A program made the position numbers and the translations under genes. Under the pieces are notes generated by a model that saw nothing but the letters and a program-made list of their open reading frames with translations, had not been told where the DNA came from and did no database searches. Below, in pieces: positions 32,957 through 40,930 of a stretch of DNA of 64,000 nt (position 1 is the stretch's first letter; every line of letters starts with the position of its first letter). This stretch comes from Candidatus Methanoperedenaceae archaeon (GTDB taxonomy: Archaea > Halobacteriota > Methanosarcinia > Methanosarcinales > Methanoperedenaceae), in NCBI GenBank assembly GCA_963753595.1, contig CAVWCX010000022.1, forward strand, positions 11,821-75,820. Direction: 5' to 3'.

Positions 32957-34296
32957 GGGAGTGTAATCAATTTTGCTGAAACTTCTATAAACTAAAACAA
33001 ATATTATAGGAGTTGAGTGACATGGCAGAATTATTTACACGAGAACAAGCAAGGGCATGGCTTCGGGCAAACAATTTAAAAACGGGTAAAGGCATCCAGG
33101 ATGCGTTTATTAACGAGATAAAAGGAGTTCTTCAAGAGGCATTAGAAGAAGAAATGAATAACACTCTTGGTTATTCTAAATATGACTACACAAATAAAAA
33201 TAACGACAACACAAGAAACGGTCATACAAAAAAGACAGTAAAAAGTCAATTTGGCAAGATAGAACTTGATATCCCACGTGACGCCGATGGTGAACATGAA
33301 CCAATCATTGTAAAGAAACACCAAAGAACAATATCAAGCGACCTTGAAGGAATGATCGTTTCATTATTTTCCCAGGGATTAAGCAACAGGGACATAGAAT
33401 CTCATATGAATAAAATATATGGCCTTGAAGTTTCGGCTGAAATGGTTACCAGAATAACTGATAAGATTCTACCGATTGCGAAAGAATGGCAAATTAGACC
33501 ATTGAACGAACTGTATCCTATCATCTATCTGGATGGTATTGTTTTTAACGTGAATAAAGATGGGCAGATAGTCAAGAAGACGGCATATGTTGTATTTGCA
33601 GTAACGATTGAAGGAAAGAAGGATATTCTTGGAATATGGATAGGCGAAGCCGAATCATCCAAATTCTGGATGGGTGTTCTTGCTGATCTAAGAAATCGGG
33701 GTGTAAAGGATCTCCTTATTTGTTCTGTTGATGGTTTAAAAGGATTCGAGGAAGCCATTAAAGCCTCTTTTCCTAAAGCGGAGATTCAAAAATGCGTAGT
33801 TCATCAGATAAGGAATAGCACCAAATTTGTCAGTTATAAGGACAGAAAAGTATTCTGTGCAGATATGAGAGAGATCTACACTGCTGCCAATGAGGAAGCA
33901 GGATTGGCTGCTCTTGACCGGTTTGAGAATAAATGGGGCATTAAATATTCATATGCTATCAAGAGCTGGAGAGACAATTGGCAATATCTATCAACATTCT
34001 TCAAATATCCTCCTGAAATAAGACGAATAATATACACGACCAATGCTATAGAAAATTTCAATAGGCAGATACGGAAAATCACAAAAACCAAAAGTTCTTT
34101 CCCAACGGATGATTCCTTATTCAAAATACTTTATCTGATAGTGTTTGATGCATCTGAGAAATGGACAATGCCTATGCGTGAATGGGGCATTATAGTGAAC
34201 CAGCTAAGGGTCTATTTCGGTGAAAGGGTTGATACATATTTATAAATATGAGGAGATATTCATATGGATAGTTTCAGCAAAAAAGGTGACACTCCC
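32957..34296 (+). mobile_element. IS256 family element
   Basis: TIRs GGGAGTGTaatcaaTTTTGCTGAAACT vs reverse complement GGGAGTGTcaccttTTTTGCTGAAACT; flanks GTTTTTCC / TTTTTTCC. Confidence 0.93.
33013..34245 (+). CDS. IS256 (Mutator) transposase
   Basis: RNGH, IPRD, IYLDG, DGLKGF, QKCVVHQIRN, YTTNAIE. Confidence 0.97.
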   Translation: MSDMAELFTREQARAWLRANNLKTGKGIQDAFINEIKGVLQEALEEEMNNTLGYSKYDYTNKNNDNTRNGHTKKTVKSQFGKIELDIPRDADGEHEPIIVKKHQRTISSDLEGMIVSLFSQGLSNRDIESHMNKIYGLEVSAEMVTRITDKILPIAKEWQIRPLNELYPIIYLDGIVFNVNKDGQIVKKTAYVVFAVTIEGKKDILGIWIGEAESSKFWMGVLADLRNRGVKDLLICSVDGLKGFEEAIKASFPKAEIQKCVVHQIRNSTKFVSYKDRKVFCADMREIYTAANEEAGLAALDRFENKWGIKYSYAIKSWRDNWQYLSTFFKYPPEIRRIIYTTNAIENFNRQIRKITKTKSSFPTDDSLFKILYLIVFDASEKWTMPMREWGIIVNQLRVYFGERVDTYL

Positions 34297-34605
34297 TTTT
34301 TTCCCGCTTCCTTAGCCTTCTTATTTTCTCAAGTCCACCTTCAGTTTTTGCAAGGCGCTCATAGAAGGCATTTGCCATGATTATATGAGAGTCAATCAGT
34401 GGGCCAACCTCCCTTATCCAGATTTAGCGAGGGTGTGTTTTTACGAATTCAGCCCATCTTACCACTTGCTCGTCGTGAGTCCTGTCTCTCATGATAGCCT
34501 CAACCTGCGGATATCCGCTTTTATTTTTGTGAACTCCTTTTCATCATCAACAAAATCTTGTGCAAACCTATCAAGAATTGTCCGCTCTTTTACTTCTCGA
34601 CTCAT
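34297..34605 (-). pseudogene. Remnants of a two-gene module: short ORF 34489-34605 plus frameshifted ORF from 34492 that runs into the IS256 end
   Basis: MSREVKERTILDRFAQDFVDDEKEFTKIKADIRRLRLS* coupled (ATGA) to MRDRTHDEQVVRWAEFVK.. with a frame change to IWIREVGPLIDSHIIMANAFYERLAK.. Confidence 0.5.
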
Positions 34606-34760
34606 TCAGGTTATTCAATATATTTGCGTGATAATATATCTTTCCGCAAAAAAAAGAGGCGTGCCAGGAGCAGCAATGTGAATGAATCAGAAGACTTCAC
34701 CACAAAGTCGGCCATTACCCCCTATTCATAAATGAACATGAAAAAAACAGCGAACTAAAC

Positions 34761-34850
34761 GAACTGTTACGAACTCCGGTAGCGTGAGTTCCGTTTCAGT
34801 TCTTACAAGCTATTTGTTAATTTTTTGGGACCAGTTAGCAAAGAGAGTCG
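34761..34850. repeat. Dispersed REP-like stem-loop element, copy 2
   Basis: GAACTGttacGAACTCcggtagcgtGAGTTCcgtttCAGTTC long hairpin; homologous to 23605-23690. Confidence 0.7.
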
Positions 34851-36057
34851 AAGATCCCGTAATTTTACAATCAATAAAGGGTCCAGGTGGAACTTTCCAT
34901 TAATCTTAAGTCATTTGGTTTTATTGTTAAGTCAAAAGCAAATGAACAAAACCAATCAAATTAATTTCAGGTTCTTCAAGAAGAATATGCAAAGCATTGC
35001 AGTCCTGAGACCTCTTATCCCGGGATCAGATATAATAGAAAAACCCTGTGACGGCATAATGATCTATAGCTTTGCAACACAGCAGGCACCTTCAATATTC
35101 CGGGAAGTGGCAAAGGCAGGAACTAGATCCGTATTCATAGCCGGAGGACCTCACCCTTCTGCACGGCCTGAAGAGACGCTTCGGTTTTTTGACTATGTAG
35201 TAATAGGTGAAGGGGAAGAAACATTGCCTGAATTGATAGATGTAATTCAAAATAAAGGAGATATTTCATCGGTTAAAGGTATTGCTTATAAAAATGAGAC
35301 TAATAATATCGTTTTCACCGAAAAGAGAAACCAGGTAAATTTAGATAATTATCCGCCTTTTGACCCGAAGATCATGCTCAATACGATCGAGATCACCCGT
35401 GGATGCCCATTTAATTGCACTTACTGCTCCACACCACAATTATTCGGATGCAATATGAGACACAGGAGCATTGATGTGATATTGAAATATTCAAAGTTCC
35501 TCAAAGATATCAGGTTCACGTCCCCGAATGCCTTTGCTTACGGTTCGGATGGCATACATCCGCGTATTGAAAAAATTGAATCGCTTCTATGCGCATTGCA
35601 GCCCGGAAGGATTTTTTTCGGGACATTTCCTTCAGAAGTTAGACCTGAATTCATAAACGACAGGATACTTGAACTTGTGTCGAAATATTGCCAAAATTCA
35701 ACTATCAGCATGGGAGGACAATCAGGAAGCCAGATGATACTTGAAAGCATAAAGCGAAAACATACCGTGGAAGATATTATCCTTGGGGCCGAGAAATGCC
35801 TGGAACACGGATTTACCCCGATCGTTGATTTTATATTCGGGCTTCCGGGTGAAACTGAAGCTGATCAGCTTGAAACTCTAAAAGTTATAAAATGGCTGAC
35901 AGGGAAAGGAGGAAACGTGCATTCCCATTATTTCATGCCTCTTCCCGGCACAGAGTTTAAAAATTCAACGCCTGCTCCATTATCCAAAGAAGTGGAAAAA
36001 ATGATGGGAAAGCTGGCGCTAAAAGGAAAAACTACGGGTGTGTGGTCTAAAGATTGA
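34825..36057 (+). CDS. B12-binding radical SAM protein (TIGR04013-like; likely start ATG 34942)
   Basis: AGGPHPS, GEGE, EITRGCPFNCTYC. Confidence 0.9.
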   Translation: MGPVSKESRRSRNFTINKGSRWNFPLILSHLVLLLSQKQMNKTNQINFRFFKKNMQSIAVLRPLIPGSDIIEKPCDGIMIYSFATQQAPSIFREVAKAGTRSVFIAGGPHPSARPEETLRFFDYVVIGEGEETLPELIDVIQNKGDISSVKGIAYKNETNNIVFTEKRNQVNLDNYPPFDPKIMLNTIEITRGCPFNCTYCSTPQLFGCNMRHRSIDVILKYSKFLKDIRFTSPNAFAYGSDGIHPRIEKIESLLCALQPGRIFFGTFPSEVRPEFINDRILELVSKYCQNSTISMGGQSGSQMILESIKRKHTVEDIILGAEKCLEHGFTPIVDFIFGLPGETEADQLETLKVIKWLTGKGGNVHSHYFMPLPGTEFKNSTPAPLSKEVEKMMGKLALKGKTTGVWSKD

Positions 36058-36065
36058 GTTTGCTG

Positions 36066-37136
36066 TTAATCTTTTTTTCCACTTGATTTTAGCTTGATAT
36101 CCTCACTTTCAACAAGAAGCCTGAACTCATCAAGGCTTAAACGCCCGTCTTTCTTGAACTTCTCTTTGGCTTGCTCACGTTTTCCAACATTTTTCTGCTC
36201 ATCGCGGCCAAGCTGGTATTCTTTCATCTGCTCCAGATAAACTCCAAGTTCATCACGAAGCTTCGGAATTTCCATCTTCAGTACGCTTATTTTCTTTCGA
36301 AGAGGCGCAATGCCCTTGAATTTTTCATTCAATTGGACATGATAAGAATCCGCTTCTTTACGCAGTGTGTCTATTTCATTGTAAAGTTTGATCATTTCTT
36401 CATGGGACTTCTGGGATTCCTGGGCAAGCGTCTGGATCTTAGCATGCAAAGTATCCATATCCGTGTAGATCTCTTTTCCCCTGGTATATTCAAGTGTGAT
36501 AACGGAATGTATCTCATTTGCTTTCTGCGTGGCTTTCAATCTCTCGTTTAACTCATTTAAACGGCTGAAAATATTGATCTCATGCTCAAGCGGAAGGTCT
36601 GCCGTCAAAAAGAGGTTTAACTCCTCTTGATAAGCCTTTTCAAGGGTTTCAAATCTTCCCCTGGCTGTAAGGTTCAATTCATCGCGTGATTTCTTGAGTT
36701 CACCTATTCTCTCGCTGAATTCTTTCCCAATGCCCCTCATCTGGTCTCGCTGCGCTTTTAATTCCGCGATCTTTGCGTTAGTCTCATCCCGCTTTTTTCG
36801 CAATTCAGCAGCTTTTGGTGACAATTCCTTGACTCTTGCATTTAAGCCGTCGCGTTTGGCTTTGAGGTCATTGCCGCCCTGGCTGTGAAGGGAAATATCC
36901 CTGAATATTGTTTTCAGTTCCCTTTCATTCTGTTCTATTCTCTGCCGAAGTAGATTGATCTTCTCCTTCAGGTCACGTTCCGATAATTTCGGGTAAATTT
37001 TTGGCGTTTCAACCTGTATCTTAACCTCTTCGGATTTGTTTCCAACAGGTATATCAGAGGTACCTTCAGTAGTACCTTTAGTTTCAGTATTACTTTCAGT
37101 AATGATCTCCATTATGGCTTTCAGGCTGGCCTTCAC
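36066..37136 (-). CDS. Archaeal coiled-coil protein (5' end probably extends to TTG 37254 across a frameshift)
   Basis: Heptad-rich sequence; C-terminal KFKKDGRLSLDEFRLL. Confidence 0.75.
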   Translation of the reverse strand: MKASLKAIMEIITESNTETKGTTEGTSDIPVGNKSEEVKIQVETPKIYPKLSERDLKEKINLLRQRIEQNERELKTIFRDISLHSQGGNDLKAKRDGLNARVKELSPKAAELRKKRDETNAKIAELKAQRDQMRGIGKEFSERIGELKKSRDELNLTARGRFETLEKAYQEELNLFLTADLPLEHEINIFSRLNELNERLKATQKANEIHSVITLEYTRGKEIYTDMDTLHAKIQTLAQESQKSHEEMIKLYNEIDTLRKEADSYHVQLNEKFKGIAPLRKKISVLKMEIPKLRDELGVYLEQMKEYQLGRDEQKNVGKREQAKEKFKKDGRLSLDEFRLLVESEDIKLKSSGKKD

Positions 37137-37246
37137 TGGTTTCTACGGGGGCTTCGATATGCGATTCAACTGGATTTTCGATCTGATTGTTTTCAGGATC
37201 TTTTATGGGAATATTTTCCGTTTGCATGATTTGCTTATCCTCAACT

Positions 37247-37906
37247 TCACTCAACTTTTATCCCCCCTTTTTGTTTTTCCCAGTAAGCCAAAGCATTTGT
37301 ATGGCTTTCGATCCTTCTTTTTAACCAGTTATGCCTGCCCTCTATTTCTCCTGCCTGTTTATCAATTTCCTTTGCAGAACCAATGTCCTGTTTTGGTTTA
37401 TTCTGGATCGATAAAAGTTCCTTATGCGATTCATTCGCTTCATTCAATTTATCGATTATTGCTTTTGAGGTTACGGATATTCCAGCTTTTCTGGCCTCGG
37501 TTTCAAAATCATATAGAAGTTTCTTGACTTCAACTATCGATTTTTCTTCATCATCAATATTTCTTGAATTCTGGAGTTTTTTCTCGTGTTCTTCAATCCT
37601 GGCCGAAAGACGTGTTACTTCATGTACATGGGGTGATCTGGCCTGCTGCATCTTTTCGGTCACCTCTTTGAAAAGGTCTTCCCTTTGTTTTTTCGCCTGG
37701 TGGAAATAGAGGAAATATTTTTCATTGAGAACAATTATTTTTGTTTCGTTTGTTTCGATTTCCTTTTTTAGCTCATCCGTTTGCTTCTTAATAGCAATGA
37801 GCTTATTATCAAGCTCGGAAAATTCACCTTTAAAAGCTCCCAGGAACTTATTATGTTTTTCAATAACAAGCTCCATTAATTTATTATTGTCAATTGTTTC
37901 AGTCAT
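37247..37906 (-). CDS. Coiled-coil hypothetical protein
   Basis: Heptad pattern; HNWLKRRIESHTNALAYW terminus. Confidence 0.75.
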   Translation of the reverse strand: MTETIDNNKLMELVIEKHNKFLGAFKGEFSELDNKLIAIKKQTDELKKEIETNETKIIVLNEKYFLYFHQAKKQREDLFKEVTEKMQQARSPHVHEVTRLSARIEEHEKKLQNSRNIDDEEKSIVEVKKLLYDFETEARKAGISVTSKAIIDKLNEANESHKELLSIQNKPKQDIGSAKEIDKQAGEIEGRHNWLKRRIESHTNALAYWEKQKGGIKVE

Positions 37907-38199
37907 ATTTGTACCATCTGTGCATGGGGTATGCCATCAATAAAGATCACGGTATCAGGATCGACACATCCGCACTCAACTGCGCATGCAATGGATTTCT
38001 CACCTGCGATATTTGCGATATGTGCGCATGAAAGTGCGTCCTTTACCTCATTTTCGCAAACTTCTTCACCTTTGTAAAAGCTTTCTTCAAGTTTGAGAAC
38101 AAGTTTTCCTTCTTTGAATTTCTTACCAAGAATATCCGTATCACAGACTGCAACTATCAATTTGCCGTCCGTATCATATTTTTTCATATACATGTTCAA
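37903..38199 (-). CDS. DUF424 protein
   Basis: VAVCDTDILGKKF, ANIAGE, IDGIPHAQ. Confidence 0.9.
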   Translation of the reverse strand: MNMYMKKYDTDGKLIVAVCDTDILGKKFKEGKLVLKLEESFYKGEEVCENEVKDALSCAHIANIAGEKSIACAVECGCVDPDTVIFIDGIPHAQMVQI

Positions 38200-40280
38200 A
38201 CAACCCTGAACCTTTCATTACTTGACTCAATAATCTCTCCTGCGCTCTTTAACTTTTGTATCATATCCTCAACTGTCTCTTTTTTGATACCTGATTCTTC
38301 TGCCTTTGATATAATCTCTTCTATTGGCGCCGCGCCCATTTCTTTCTGGAGGTCCCTGATTATTTCCCTGAGTACCTTGATCCTGTCCCTCTGGCTTTTA
38401 CCCATCCCTACATTTACAATATCAGCATCAAGCCTTCCTGTTTCCGGATCTGTCATGACCTGTTTTAAGCTTGCCATCACAATTCGTATGATCCTGCTTG
38501 TGTCATCTGTTGTTATGACATTACTCAAACGTACGCGTGCGCTTGCTTCAGCCAGGCGTATCAGGGCTTCAAGCTGGCGGGCAGTAACAGGAACAGGAGA
38601 ATCCGGGGCCTCCCCCTGTTTCCTCAGGCCAAGATAAAAGTCAATCAAATGTTTCCTTGCATCGTCCTGGATAATTGGGAAAATATTCCTCTTTGTATAC
38701 GCAATATATTTCCTGAGCTTCTCTGCTTCCAGCACCGGTCGGATGACCTCCATGGCTTTTGTAATCTCATCCGTGCTTATTCCTGAATTTATTATATTTT
38801 TTCTCTTAGCTGAAAGTTCACCCGCGTAATGGGCTTTCAGGATATGTTCAGCTATCGCAGTATCCCTGTTGACCGAAGGCTCATCAGTTAGTATGAATAT
38901 CAGGTCAAAACGAGAAAGCAGAGCTGGCGGCATATTTATTTGTTTAGCGATGGGTTCATACCTGTCAAACCTTCCGAATTTCGGATTGGCCGCTCCCAGA
39001 AGTGAGCAGCGTGATTTCAAAGTCGCCATAATTCCTGCTTTTGCTATGCTTATGGTTTGCTGTTCCATGGCTTCGTGCATGGAACTCCTGTCTTCCGGTT
39101 CCATCTTGTCAAGTTCATCAACGCAGGCAAGACCCATATCAGCAAGCACAAGTGCGCCTGCTTCAAGCGTCCAGCGGCCATCCCCGAACTCATCCTTTAC
39201 GGCCGTGGCAGTAAGACCAGCCGAAGTTGAGCTTTTTCCGCTTGTATAAATACCGCGTGGCGCAAGTTTTACGGCATACCTCAATAGCTGGGATTTAGCT
39301 ACACCAGGATCACCCACAAGGAGTATATGCACATCCCCGCGAATGCGCGCCCCATCCGGCAGGTACTTTGCAATACCTGAAAAAAGCTGAAGCGCCATGG
39401 CTTCTTTCACTTCCTCATAACCGTAGATCGAAGGAGCGATGGAGCCGATTATCTTTTTATATATCTCCGGGTCTTCCCCGAGGGTTATGATCTCTTCGAT
39501 ATCCTCTTTTGATATCTCAATATCTTCAAATTCCTTGTCTTCTATATCGATCGAATTCCCGTCAAGCAAGAGATCAAAAAAAGTGCTTTTCCCCTCGCGG
39601 TTGCTCCTCTGGAATGAGCGCAATATCCCTGATATGACAACGCGGTCACCCGGTGAAACCTGTCCGGCCAGGTCATCATCAACATCCACATCGAGAGTCT
39701 GTGGCTGCTCACCTCCCCGAAGATCGTCTGGTGATTCCTGTATCCTGAGTTTTTGCGCATCGATGAATTCGGATTCTTCATGAACGAGTTTAAACTGGCC
39801 TTTGCGTTCACATTGGTCACACTGAAAAGGTTCAACAAATTTTCCTTCATATTGTGTCAATTTTGTAATTGAATCACAATATTTACATTTGAATGCAGCA
39901 ACCTTGATCTTTGGCCTTACTTCTGTTGCTTTCCTTATAAGACCGGAAACGGCTATGAATTTGGTTATGTTTTTGCTTCGAAGCTCCCTTATCTGGATAC
40001 GTTCAGGAATTTTGATTATCCTAACATGTATATCTTTAAAATCTTTAAAAACAACGTCAGCAGGAAGATCAATTCCACTTAGAGCTTCATTTGCATGTTT
40101 TATTACTCTGTCAGGATGCTCAAGCAGCTCGTTCGCAAGATCCATATCACGCCGATTGATATCGGGAAATTGAATGACAAGACTTCTTTTTTCAGGAAAA
40201 TCCTTTGCCAATTCAAGGATGTAATCCCAGTAATAGAGTTTAAAGAATTCTTCCCAAGCCTGGATAGATGATTGCACCAT
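38196..40280 (-). CDS. mcm: Replicative helicase MCM
   Basis: Zn finger, GDPGVAKSQ, VDELDKM, SRFD, TARQLE; no intein. Confidence 0.97.
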   Translation of the reverse strand: MVQSSIQAWEEFFKLYYWDYILELAKDFPEKRSLVIQFPDINRRDMDLANELLEHPDRVIKHANEALSGIDLPADVVFKDFKDIHVRIIKIPERIQIRELRSKNITKFIAVSGLIRKATEVRPKIKVAAFKCKYCDSITKLTQYEGKFVEPFQCDQCERKGQFKLVHEESEFIDAQKLRIQESPDDLRGGEQPQTLDVDVDDDLAGQVSPGDRVVISGILRSFQRSNREGKSTFFDLLLDGNSIDIEDKEFEDIEISKEDIEEIITLGEDPEIYKKIIGSIAPSIYGYEEVKEAMALQLFSGIAKYLPDGARIRGDVHILLVGDPGVAKSQLLRYAVKLAPRGIYTSGKSSTSAGLTATAVKDEFGDGRWTLEAGALVLADMGLACVDELDKMEPEDRSSMHEAMEQQTISIAKAGIMATLKSRCSLLGAANPKFGRFDRYEPIAKQINMPPALLSRFDLIFILTDEPSVNRDTAIAEHILKAHYAGELSAKRKNIINSGISTDEITKAMEVIRPVLEAEKLRKYIAYTKRNIFPIIQDDARKHLIDFYLGLRKQGEAPDSPVPVTARQLEALIRLAEASARVRLSNVITTDDTSRIIRIVMASLKQVMTDPETGRLDADIVNVGMGKSQRDRIKVLREIIRDLQKEMGAAPIEEIISKAEESGIKKETVEDMIQKLKSAGEIIESSNERFRVV

Positions 40281-40366
40281 TTTTGACTACTTAAGCCTGA
40301 AGGGTATTTCAATGTTTCGAGACGAAAATAAACAATTTAATATAACAATACGATAAATTAACATAC

Positions 40367-40930
40367 ATGATAGAGATAGAAGTGAAGGCATCTGTTGAAG
40401 ACCCAAAACAAATGGAAAGATCAATAATTGAATTGGGGGCTACTCCTATAGGTATAGAAGCGCAGGCAGATACATATTATAATGCGCCATACCGTGATTT
40501 CGGGAAAACGGATGAGGCTTTGAGGATCAGGGTGCAGGATGGAAAATCCACTTTGACATATAAAGGGCCTAAAATGGATAAAGTTTCTAAAACAAGAAAA
40601 GAGGTGCAGACTGAAATAAAGGATTTAGATAACATGGGAAATATACTTTCATCTCTTGGTTTTTTTCCTGTTGCCACCGTATCTAAGAAACGAAAAAACT
40701 TCAGGATCGGAGATTTTTATATTTCCCTGGATGAAGTACGAAACCTCGGGAATTTCATAGAAGTCGAGATAACGGTAAAAGATCCTAAGAATTACCAGGA
40801 AAAAGTTGAAAGCATTTTTAAATTCATCGCCAAATTAGGGATAAAGAGAGAATCAACAATTAGAACATCATATCTGGAAATGATACTTGATCTGAATAAA
40901 GACAATATTTGTTCGTCTGTAGTAGAATAG
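40367..40930 (+). CDS. cyaB: CYTH domain / class IV adenylate cyclase-like
   Basis: EIEVK, DEALRIR, LTYKGPK, GNFIEVE, SYLEM. Confidence 0.9.
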   Translation: MIEIEVKASVEDPKQMERSIIELGATPIGIEAQADTYYNAPYRDFGKTDEALRIRVQDGKSTLTYKGPKMDKVSKTRKEVQTEIKDLDNMGNILSSLGFFPVATVSKKRKNFRIGDFYISLDEVRNLGNFIEVEITVKDPKNYQEKVESIFKFIAKLGIKRESTIRTSYLEMILDLNKDNICSSVVE

